From an uncultured Gammaproteobacteria bacterium (GTDB lineage: Bacteria; Pseudomonadota; Gammaproteobacteria; Chromatiales; Chromatiaceae): DNA of 64,000 bases. The translations under genes were made by a program, and so were the position numbers. The stretch spans positions 105,231 to 169,230 of the forward strand of contig CAVOUZ010000018.1 of the NCBI GenBank assembly GCA_963699735.1, written 5' to 3'. Below, piece after piece: positions 11,314 through 21,031 of the stretch. Each line of letters starts with the position of its first letter. The first letter of the stretch is position 1. The notes under the pieces are model-generated. The model did no database searches, was not told the DNA's origin, and saw nothing but the letters and a program-made list of their open reading frames with translations.

Positions 11314-11400
11314 GTACTGAAGCTCATCGCTTCAGTGCACTCCTCCATCCTCCTTTGGTGGTAACTTTGAAAGCGCGACCCCCCGTCGCGCTTTTTTTTT
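11314..11400 (+). ncRNA. Putative trans-acting small RNA with anti-Shine-Dalgarno (CUCCUCC / CCUCCUU) seed
   Basis: 5' hairpin GTACTGAAGC/GCTTCAGTGC, CU-rich middle ACTCCTCCATCCTCCTTTGGTGG, intrinsic terminator; no ORF. Confidence 0.75.
11370..11400 (+). terminator. Rho-independent terminator
   Basis: AAAGCGCGAC-CCCCC-GTCGCGC followed by T9. Confidence 0.9.
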
Positions 11401-11611
11401 GCGCGGCCTCTCCCGCCGGGGCCCTCCATGCGCCGCAACGGCCGAGCCTGCCGGACCGTCCAAAGGGTGGAATCTGAGCGTCTCGCCCTCCTGCGCCTGG
11501 CCCTGTCCCCGTTCCCGCCCGCTGGTCATCCCCTGACCTGTTGTCTCAGGAGCGACCGGGACCCACAATGCCCGCATCTCTCCCCATCCCACTGCTGCAG
11601 GAGACGAAGTC

Positions 11612-11902
11612 ATGGCGAACGAGGGGTATCACGAGCCCGTCGAAGAACTGACCGTTGAGACCCGGGACATGCATCGCGCCATCGTCTCACTGATGGAGGA
11701 GCTGGAGGCGGTTGACTGGTACAGCCAACGGGTTGACGCCTGCAGAGACCCGGAGCTGAAGGCGATCCTGGCCCACAACCGCGACGAGGAGAAGGAGCAC
11801 GCGGCCATGGTGTTGGAATGGATTCGACGCCAGGACCCGACCTTCGACAAGGAACTGAAGGACTACCTGTTCACCGAAAAGCCCATCGCGCACCATCCCT
11901 GA
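11612..11902 (+). CDS. Encapsulin-associated-type ferritin-like protein (EncFtn family)
   Basis: YHEP..RDMHRAI.SL.EELEAVDWY..HNRDEEKEH..EWIRR signature of two-helix encapsulated ferritins. Confidence 0.9.
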   Translation: MANEGYHEPVEELTVETRDMHRAIVSLMEELEAVDWYSQRVDACRDPELKAILAHNRDEEKEHAAMVLEWIRRQDPTFDKELKDYLFTEKPIAHHP

Positions 11903-12034
11903 GCCGGCCGGTGCCCCGTCGGCCCGCCGCCTACCCGGACGGGGCCGCCGCGCCCGACAGGGTTTGTGAGCGCTTCTGCCGTCGCGGGTGAAGCCGCTCC
12001 TGGCCCTGCGGAATCTTCAAACATGGAGCCATCA

Positions 12035-12856
12035 ATGAGCGACAACCAATCCATCATCGTCGAGGCCTTCGAGCGCCGGGCCGAGATCACCCCCCGTAAC
12101 GTGGAGACCCGGGTGCGGGACGCGGTGCAGGAGGTGATCGAGCGCCTGGACCGGGGGGAGCTGCGCGTTGCCGAGAAGCACGACGGCGACTGGGTGGTCA
12201 ACGACTGGATCAAGAAGGCGGTGCTCCTGTCCTTTCGGATCGAGGACAACTGGTTCATGAAGGGTGGGTTCACCAACTATTACGACAAGGTGTCCTCGAA
12301 GTACGCGGACACCAACTCACGCGAGTTCCGCGACGCGGGCGTGCGGGTGGTCCCGCCGGCGACGGCCCGCAAGGGCTCCTTCATCGCCCCGGGCTGTGTG
12401 CTCATGCCCTCCTACGTGAACATCGGGGCCTATGTGGACTCGGGCACCATGGTCGACACCTGGGCCACCGTCGGCTCCTGCGCCCAGATCGGCAAGAACG
12501 TGCACCTGTCAGGCGGCGTGGGCATCGGCGGTGTGCTGGAGCCGGTTCAGGCCGCGCCCACCATCATCGAGGACAACTGCTTCATCGGCGCCCGCTCCGA
12601 AGTGGTCGAGGGCGTCATAGTCGGTGAGGGAGCCGTCATCTCCATGGGCGTCTACATCGGCCAGAGCACCAAGATCTACAACCGCGAGACCGGCGAGATC
12701 AGCTACGGCCGGGTCCCCCCCGGCGCGGTCGTGGTTCCGGGCAACCTGCCCAGCAAGGACGGCGCCTACAGCCTCTACTGCGCCGTGATCATCAAGCAGG
12801 TGGACGAGAAGACCCGAGGCAAGGTCGGGATCAACGAGCTGCTGAGGGATATTTGA
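12035..12856 (+). CDS. dapD: Tetrahydrodipicolinate N-succinyltransferase
   Basis: [42 protein letters not shown]. Confidence 0.98.
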   Translation: MSDNQSIIVEAFERRAEITPRNVETRVRDAVQEVIERLDRGELRVAEKHDGDWVVNDWIKKAVLLSFRIEDNWFMKGGFTNYYDKVSSKYADTNSREFRDAGVRVVPPATARKGSFIAPGCVLMPSYVNIGAYVDSGTMVDTWATVGSCAQIGKNVHLSGGVGIGGVLEPVQAAPTIIEDNCFIGARSEVVEGVIVGEGAVISMGVYIGQSTKIYNRETGEISYGRVPPGAVVVPGNLPSKDGAYSLYCAVIIKQVDEKTRGKVGINELLRDI

Positions 12857-12922
12857 GGTCCGAGGTCCGAGGGCCGAGAACATGCTCGGCCAAACGAATA
12901 GCGTCTGTCGCGATACGCATCG

Positions 12923-14400
<1,478 letters not shown>

Positions 14401-14426
14401 GACCGGGCGAACCGCGGGTCACCCTC

Positions 14427-15500
14427 ATGATCGACATCAGACCCGGGACGGACGCGGACAAGCCGCAGATCCTGCAGCGCATGGAGGAGATCTTCGGGGC
14501 CGAGCCGGCGCGCCTGTCGGAGCGGCTGTGGGACTGGCGCTGGAATCAGGATCCGCGCCTGCCCAGCCCTGGTTATCGCGGCCTGGTCGCCGACTGGAAC
14601 GGGCGGCTGATCGGCAACCTGGGCACCATCCCGGCCGGACTGCACGTCGCCGGTGAACCCGTGCGGGCCTGGTGGTTCGTGGACCTGTGGGTACATTGGG
14701 GACTGACCCGACGCGCACTGCGCGAGGCCAGGCGCGACCTGGCCCCCGGCGGGCCCGATCTGTCCCGCGGCATCGCCGCCGCCCTGTTCGACCACCCCGA
14801 GGCCGGCCCCATCCAGCTCGGCAAGCACATCTCTGACCCCATGATGTCGATCAGCCTGCGCGTCGGGTTCGAGCCCCAACCGGACACGGGAAGCATGCAC
14901 CGCCGGGTATCGACAAGGCACGCGCTCGCGCGAGCCTTGGGAGGACCCTTGGGGGATCTGTCCGGTGCCATTGCCGACCTCGCCCTGCCGCGGATCCCCC
15001 GCCCGACCCTTGCCGTCGAGCGCCACGATGGTCCCTTCGACAGCCGCTTCGACGCACTCTGGGACGGCGTGAGGGCGGCCTACCCGGCCATCTGCCGGCG
15101 CGACTCGGCGGTCCTGCAGTGGCGCTACCGGCATCATCCCGATCGCGATTACCAGGTCCTGATCCTCGGCTCGGCGGAGGCGCTACGCGGCTACTGTGTC
15201 TTCAAGGTATTCGAGCGCGGACGACGGCGGTGGGGCAAGATCGTCGACCTGCTGACGGCGCCTGGGGACGACAGCGCCGGACGATCGCTGCTTGCGGGGG
15301 CGCTGCACGCCCTACGCCGCGCCCGGGTGGAGCGGGTGGAATGCTTCTATTGTGGAGCCGAGCAGGGCCGCACCCTGGCCGGTCTCGGCTTCACCCGCAG
15401 GCTCACCAAGACGCAACGTCCCCAGCCGCTGATGGCCCGCAACCTGCCCGAGCGCACCGGGGGTCTCTATGTCACCCAGGGCGATGGTGACGGCGGCTGA
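14427..15500 (+). CDS. GNAT-fold acetyltransferase-like protein (tandem GNAT type)
   Basis: W.WRW..P N-terminal pattern, RD...L.WRY..HP motif and C-terminal GD.D; pattern recognition only. Confidence 0.6.
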   Translation: MIDIRPGTDADKPQILQRMEEIFGAEPARLSERLWDWRWNQDPRLPSPGYRGLVADWNGRLIGNLGTIPAGLHVAGEPVRAWWFVDLWVHWGLTRRALREARRDLAPGGPDLSRGIAAALFDHPEAGPIQLGKHISDPMMSISLRVGFEPQPDTGSMHRRVSTRHALARALGGPLGDLSGAIADLALPRIPRPTLAVERHDGPFDSRFDALWDGVRAAYPAICRRDSAVLQWRYRHHPDRDYQVLILGSAEALRGYCVFKVFERGRRRWGKIVDLLTAPGDDSAGRSLLAGALHALRRARVERVECFYCGAEQGRTLAGLGFTRRLTKTQRPQPLMARNLPERTGGLYVTQGDGDGG

Positions 15501-15509
15501 GGCGCGGCC

Positions 15510-16439
15510 ATGGAGCTCATGCGCCGCATCCGCCAGCGGATGGTCCGGAGACTGCGCAAGCACCGCGACGCCATCGAGGAGCGCCGCCTCCGGCCCCAAT
15601 GGTTTCTGCTCGCCGGCCTGCGGCCCCCGGATGCGCGCTGTGCGCCAGACCCAGCCGCGCTCACACCGCTCTATCCGCCCTCGGACCGTTTCTGGGCGGA
15701 CCCTTTTGCCTGGTCAGGGGATGGTGAGCGGTTCATCTTTTTCGAGGAGTATCCCTACTCGACCCGGGTCGGGCGCATCAGCGTCCTGAGCCTTGGGGAG
15801 GATCTCGTCCCACTGGGCCCGGCGGTGCCGGTCATCGACGAGCCACGTCACCTCTCCTACCCCTATTTATTCGAGTACCAGGGTTGCCTCTATATGGTCC
15901 CGGAGAGCGCCGGGAGCCGGCGGATCGACCTCTACCGCTGCAACCGCTTTCCATTCGAGTGGTCCTGGGAGCGCACCCTGATCGACGGCATCCAGGCGGC
16001 GGACGCCACCCTGTGCGAGCACGAGGGACGCTGGTGGCTGTTCTGCGCCGCGCGCCGCGGCAAGACCCGCATCAACGAATCGCTGTTCGCCTTCCACTCC
16101 GACTCACCCCTGAGTGACCAGTGGGTCCCGCATGCGTGCAATCCGCTGATCCGCGACTACTCGGGGGGACGCCCAGGCGGTCGCATCTTCCGGGGCGGCG
16201 ACGGGCGACTGGTGCGCCCCGCCCAGGACTCGGTACCCCGCTACGGTCATGGCCTGAGATTGCACGCCGTGGATTTGCTGTCGCCGGAGCGCTATGCGGA
16301 GCACCTCATCTGGGAGGCCACCGGGTCCGGCAGCGGGGGCTGGCGCGCCATGCATCACCTGGACTGGCACGAGGGCCTCATGGTCATGGACGCCCAGCGC
16401 CTCATCCCGATCCCCGGCGCGGGACCGGATCGAGGCTAG
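15510..16439 (+). CDS. Five-bladed beta-propeller protein, glycosidase-like (resembles the GINT1/GT64 N-terminal domain)
   Basis: WADPF, FFEEY, HLSYPYLF, YMVPES, NP..R.GG, RPAQD..YG motifs. Confidence 0.65.
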   Translation: MELMRRIRQRMVRRLRKHRDAIEERRLRPQWFLLAGLRPPDARCAPDPAALTPLYPPSDRFWADPFAWSGDGERFIFFEEYPYSTRVGRISVLSLGEDLVPLGPAVPVIDEPRHLSYPYLFEYQGCLYMVPESAGSRRIDLYRCNRFPFEWSWERTLIDGIQAADATLCEHEGRWWLFCAARRGKTRINESLFAFHSDSPLSDQWVPHACNPLIRDYSGGRPGGRIFRGGDGRLVRPAQDSVPRYGHGLRLHAVDLLSPERYAEHLIWEATGSGSGGWRAMHHLDWHEGLMVMDAQRLIPIPGAGPDRG

Positions 16440-16524
16440 GCGAGATGCCGACAACGAGCCTGTTCAATCGCCGCCTTTTCGGCGCAAGATGGGGCTACTG
16501 GAGATTGGATAACGGCGGGGCAAG

Positions 16525-16965
16525 ATGAGCGAGGAGCGACCCTTCTGGGAGACCACCGGCCTGGGTGACATGAGCAGCGAGCAATGGGAATCCTTGTGCG
16601 ACGGCTGCGCCAAGTGCTGCCTGGAGAAGTTCGAGGAGGAGGAGACCGGGCGCATCGTCTACTCCCAGGTCGCCTGTATCCTTTTGGATCTGGGAAGCTG
16701 CCGCTGCCGGGATTACCCGAATCGTGCGCTGCAGGTGCGGGATTGTGTCACCCTGACCCCTTCGGAGCTGGCCCAGCCTCAGTGGCTGCCCGAGACCTGC
16801 GCCTACCGCCGCCTGGCGGAGGGCAGAGGGTTGCCCGATTGGCATCCTCTGGTGACCGGCGATCCCCGCACGGTCAGGGCGGCGGGGCACAGTGTGGGCG
16901 GGCGGGTGATCGCTCCGGGACCCGATACCGACCCCTTGATGAACCTGATCGACTGGATCCGCTGA
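16525..16965 (+). CDS. YcgN (UPF0260) cysteine-cluster protein
   Basis: WESLCDGCAKCC, C..Y..R...V.DC, WLPETCAYRRL. Confidence 0.92.
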   Translation: MSEERPFWETTGLGDMSSEQWESLCDGCAKCCLEKFEEEETGRIVYSQVACILLDLGSCRCRDYPNRALQVRDCVTLTPSELAQPQWLPETCAYRRLAEGRGLPDWHPLVTGDPRTVRAAGHSVGGRVIAPGPDTDPLMNLIDWIR

Positions 16966-17027
16966 GCCGGGTCCAATCCTTCCCCCCAAGGGCCCTCGAA
17001 TCAGCGCCTCCCACGACGGAGACCCGG

Positions 17028-17798
17028 TCAGGCGGCCAGCCTGGTCTTCGGGTTGGACCGCGACAGGCGCTCGATCAATGGATCCACGACGCGTTTGATG
17101 TCACCCAGGGGGTGCTCGAACGCCAGACCCATCGCGTACAGGTGGCTCATTGGCGCCTTCTTATGGCCGTCTTCGTCGGGAGGCCGAGCGATCGCGTCCC
17201 GGCGGTCCATGATCCTTGCCCGCAGGCGCAGAAAGGAGTGCCGGCCCTGCCAGGTGAGCACGAGCAACAGACTCTGCTGCACATCGTAGGGCCGGAAGGA
17301 CATGACGGTGTAGCCTCCGCTGCTGATCTCCTCCAGGGTCGAGCGCAGGTCCTCGGGGTCCACGAAGTCCAGCTCGATCCGCTGGGACAAAGGGATACCA
17401 ACATCCTCAATGGGCTGCCCGCGGTCCGCCGCCAGCATCGTCAGCAGGCGCTCGAGCCGTTGCTCGTGCCGCAGCAGCAGTTTGGAGAAGCGTACGCTCG
17501 CCAGGCAGCCGTCGGGCACGGGCTGAGCCCGAAGCACCTCGGCCTTGGCGGCGATGGTGCGACCATGGGTCCAGGGTAGCTCGATCCTCACCGATTCCCC
17601 CACATCCAGGCGGTATTCCGGCAGCATCAGGCTGGCGCCGCCCCACGAGAGATCCAGGTTCTGGACCGGCAACCGCTCGGCCTCCCGATCGAGCGCCAGC
17701 AGGGCCTGGATACGGGCATCCACCCGCAACTGATTGCGTCTCTCGTGCCCCACCAGGGACACCCTCTTTGCTTCGTGCGTCGCTTGTTCGATTTTCAT
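17028..17798 (-). CDS. PilZ domain protein (tandem PilZ-like)
   Basis: ERRNQLR (RxxxR) and DLSWGG (DxSxxG); second degenerate EISSGG. Confidence 0.8.
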   Translation of the reverse strand: MKIEQATHEAKRVSLVGHERRNQLRVDARIQALLALDREAERLPVQNLDLSWGGASLMLPEYRLDVGESVRIELPWTHGRTIAAKAEVLRAQPVPDGCLASVRFSKLLLRHEQRLERLLTMLAADRGQPIEDVGIPLSQRIELDFVDPEDLRSTLEEISSGGYTVMSFRPYDVQQSLLLVLTWQGRHSFLRLRARIMDRRDAIARPPDEDGHKKAPMSHLYAMGLAFEHPLGDIKRVVDPLIERLSRSNPKTRLAA

Positions 17799-18007
17799 TG
17801 GACACGCCTCTTTCGATCCTGGGCGGTCGATGGACGCCGTGCGGCCTGCGCGTCCGGTCAAAGGGTCTCGTCCCCCAGGGTCCCTGCATATTCCAAGTGC
17901 ACTGCGGAGCCCACGCGCCGTTCTCGTCCGCAAGGCCCCATCCAGTTGCGGTGTCGATCAGCCCGAGTGGCTCGGGCCGAGTATCGGGGATGGCCTTCGG
18001 CGACCAC

Positions 18008-18023
18008 AGTGATCCCGATCACA
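18008..18023. promoter_or_regulatory. CRP/Vfr/Clp-family binding site candidate
   Basis: AGTGA-TCCCGA-TCACA, 9/10 match to TGTGA-N6-TCACA, upstream of the PilZ gene. Confidence 0.5.
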
Positions 18024-18172
18024 CAGCACCCGGGAAAGCCGCCGGCGATGCGGACCCAGTCACAAGGCCGTCGTCCAGGCTCGAAAAGATCCTACAGCGG
18101 CAAAACAGGGTTGTGTACCCGGGCTCGGCCCGTCGCGCAGAAGGGGCCGACGGGTGGTGCTGTGAGACCAGA

Positions 18173-19558
18173 TCAGGCTACCCCGCCTTTCCCCGGGGTG
18201 GCTCCCGAGCCCCTAAGTTCAGAGCATTGGTCGATCAGGTTGCGGGTGAGGAGTCCGAAGGCGCCGTCGGTGGTCGAGAGCGGGATGCGCACCCGCCAGC
18301 CGGCGCCGGGGGCGACCGCTAAGGGGTCGCCCTCGATGGATTCCATGTGCTCGAGACGGAATCGGTGGTTGCCGGCCGGGGTGAGCAGTTGCAGCTCATC
18401 TCCCAGGGCGAAGCGGTTCTTGACCTCGATCTCGGCCCAGCCGCGCTCCACCCCGACGACCTCGCCGACGAAGAGCTCCCGGTCATTGCGCGAGACGCCG
18501 TCGCAATAGCCCTGGAGCTCCGCCGGGGCGTGGCGGCGATAGAAGCCCTCCGTATAGCCCCGGTTGGCGAGCCCGTCGAGCTGGGCGAGCAGGTCCCGTC
18601 GGAAGGGCCGACCCGCCCAGGCGTCATCGATGGCCGCGCGATAGACCTGGGAGGTACGCGCCGCGTAGTAGTGCGATTTGGTGCGGCCCTCGATCTTGAG
18701 ACAGTCCACGCCCAGGGAAACCAGCCGCCCCACGTGCTCCACGGCCCTCAGGTCCCTGGAATTCAGGATGTAGGTACCGTGCTCGTCCTCGAACACCGGC
18801 AGGTGCTCACCGGGCCTGTTGAGCTCTTCCAGAAGATAGACCTCATCTGCCGCCGGGTGCCGTCCTGGCCCAATGACCGGAGACCCGGTGGGTACTGGAG
18901 AGCCGCCCAACCGGTACTCCCAGCGGCAGGCGTTGGTGCAGGTCCCCTGATTGGCGTCGCGGTGGTTGAAGTAGCCCGAAAGCAGGCAGCGCCCGGAATA
19001 GGCGATACAGAGGGCACCATGGACGAACACCTCCAGCTCGGTGTCGGGACAGGCCTGGCGTATCTCGGCGATCTCGTCGAGCGACAGCTCCCGGGAAAGG
19101 ATCACCCGCCCGATCCCCTGGGCCGCCCAGAAACGGACCGCCGCCCCATTGACCGTATTGGCCTGGACCGACAGATGGATGGGCACCTCGGGCCAGCGCT
19201 CGCGAACCAGCAGGATCAGCCCCGGGTCCGCCATGATGAGCGCGTCAGGCCCCAGCGCGACGACGGGCTCCATGTCCGCGATGAAGGTGCGCACCTTGGC
19301 CCCGTGGGGCATCAGGTTGGCGGCCACATAGAAGCGCTTGCCCTGGGCATGGGCCTGGATGATCCCCAGACCCAGATTCTCGACGCCGAATTCGTTGTTG
19401 CGCACCCGCAGGCTGTAGCGTGGCAGGCCTGCGTAGACCGCATCGGCGCCATACGCAAAGGCATAGTGCAGATGGCGCAGGGTACCGGCGGGAGACAGCA
19501 GCTCGGGACGGCGCCTGGCCCCCGCCGGAGGGGCGGCCGCGAGCGGCTCGGGCGTCAA
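18173..19558 (-). CDS. trhP: U32-family tRNA 5-hydroxyuridine modification protein (YegQ)
   Basis: PELLSPAG, PRYSLRVRNN, FVHGALCIAYSGRC, CTNACRW, LKIEGRTKS. Confidence 0.92.
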   Translation of the reverse strand: MTPEPLAAAPPAGARRRPELLSPAGTLRHLHYAFAYGADAVYAGLPRYSLRVRNNEFGVENLGLGIIQAHAQGKRFYVAANLMPHGAKVRTFIADMEPVVALGPDALIMADPGLILLVRERWPEVPIHLSVQANTVNGAAVRFWAAQGIGRVILSRELSLDEIAEIRQACPDTELEVFVHGALCIAYSGRCLLSGYFNHRDANQGTCTNACRWEYRLGGSPVPTGSPVIGPGRHPAADEVYLLEELNRPGEHLPVFEDEHGTYILNSRDLRAVEHVGRLVSLGVDCLKIEGRTKSHYYAARTSQVYRAAIDDAWAGRPFRRDLLAQLDGLANRGYTEGFYRRHAPAELQGYCDGVSRNDRELFVGEVVGVERGWAEIEVKNRFALGDELQLLTPAGNHRFRLEHMESIEGDPLAVAPGAGWRVRIPLSTTDGAFGLLTRNLIDQCSELRGSGATPGKGGVA

Positions 19559-20772
19559 TGAAGCTCCACGTCGAAAGTCAGCCGCTCGTCATCGCCGAAG
19601 AGGCGCTTGCGGCGCACCTCGACGGGCAGCCGTTGACCCGGCCGCCCGTCGATCAGGGCGATGCGGATGTCCGAGTAGGAGCTCACCGGCTGCCCGGCAA
19701 TACCCACGATGTGGTCCCCTTCCTCGATCCCCGCGGCCTCGGCACCGCTGCCCTCGGAAAAGCCTTCGACACGCGCGCCCTGCTCGTCGATCCCCTTGCC
19801 CAGCATGACGCCGAGCAGACCGGAAGGTGGCAGCTCCACCCGGCGGGGGAAGAGCAGATAGTCCGCCGACTCCGGGTCGAGCTCGCGCACGCTGCCGTTC
19901 AGGATGCTGACCGAGGGTACCTCGAGGCGGCGCAGCAAGCGCCTGGGGATGCCCTGGTCGAACTCCACGTGACCGGCACCGGCGAGCACCACCAGGGTCT
20001 TGTTCGGGTTCTCGGCCAGGTAGCGGGCGGCCCGATCGGCCATACCCTCGTCCCACAGGAGCTGCACCTCCAGGAAATGCTCGAAATCCTGCTGATTCCC
20101 CATGGGGTGCAAGTGAAAGACCGACTGGACGCGCTCCCGATAGGCGGGGTCATCCCGATCGATCTCGGCGGGGATGCGCGCGCGATCCTCCGGGCTCAGG
20201 GCCGCGATCCCCTCCTGGCCCACCTTGGAGGTCAGCTCGGACTCCAGGTTGAGCGCGATCACCGGGATCTGGTGCTCGCTGGCATAGCGCAGGATGGGCC
20301 GATAGAGCCGGTAGTCGAAGCGCCAGCGGTCGAAATATTCGGTCCGGCGCAGCAGCTCGGCCTCGTCGATCTCGCCCGCGATGAAGGCGTCGAGGGCGCC
20401 CTGGTAGGGCTGCTGGAAGAACTCCATGCCGATGGCCAGGTCCTTGCCCCGACGGTGCAGACCCTCGATCACCGCCAGCTGGTTCAGGTGGTCCTCGTAG
20501 CGGTCGTGGCTCTCCCCGACGAAGACCACGCGGCGGTCGGCGATCGCATCGATCAGCCGGTCCATGTCGGCGAGGGCGCTGGTGTCGAGGACCCGGGTCC
20601 GGGTATCCGGCAGCGCTTGCGGGCCGGTCTGACCGTTCTCGACCGAGGCCTCGGGGCTCACCCCGGCTTGCGCCTCGGCGGGGGCATCCGAGGATTGTTC
20701 CGAGGCCCGTAGCGATCCCAGGGTGACCGAAAGGGCGCAGCAGAGGATAAAGAACAGTCGGATGGCTGGCAC
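19555..20772 (-). CDS. ChaN-family protein with C-terminal PDZ domain
   Basis: VFVGESHD..H..QL, GMEFF, QLLWDEGMA, LAGAGHV; PDZ LLGV..AEAAGI..GD.I; signal peptide; GTG start inferred. Confidence 0.85.
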   Translation of the reverse strand: MPAIRLFFILCCALSVTLGSLRASEQSSDAPAEAQAGVSPEASVENGQTGPQALPDTRTRVLDTSALADMDRLIDAIADRRVVFVGESHDRYEDHLNQLAVIEGLHRRGKDLAIGMEFFQQPYQGALDAFIAGEIDEAELLRRTEYFDRWRFDYRLYRPILRYASEHQIPVIALNLESELTSKVGQEGIAALSPEDRARIPAEIDRDDPAYRERVQSVFHLHPMGNQQDFEHFLEVQLLWDEGMADRAARYLAENPNKTLVVLAGAGHVEFDQGIPRRLLRRLEVPSVSILNGSVRELDPESADYLLFPRRVELPPSGLLGVMLGKGIDEQGARVEGFSEGSGAEAAGIEEGDHIVGIAGQPVSSYSDIRIALIDGRPGQRLPVEVRRKRLFGDDERLTFDVELH

Positions 20773-21031
20773 GAAACCCCCGTTGATGTGAATGGCCCGC
20801 TGACGTGGCTTGTTCCCCAGGAGCCGCCATCGGTGGCATTTCCCGTGCTGGATGGAGGCGATGGCGTAAACGCCAGGCCAGCGCAGGGCCCAACCGTGAC
20901 GATTGCGCAACGAACGAATCGGCGTCTTTCCGTCCCCGCTGGTATTGCCCGGAGTCGGACCGCATTATGGCCGAAGGGCGCCGGCAGCCGCCAATCCCGC
21001 CGACGCAAGATCCACCTCGGACCCGTCACCG

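Noticed and set aside
12855-12878. Heptamer tandem repeat (GAGGTCC-like, about three copies) after dapD
   Set aside because: Too short and without spacers; not CRISPR, probably slippage or a repeat remnant
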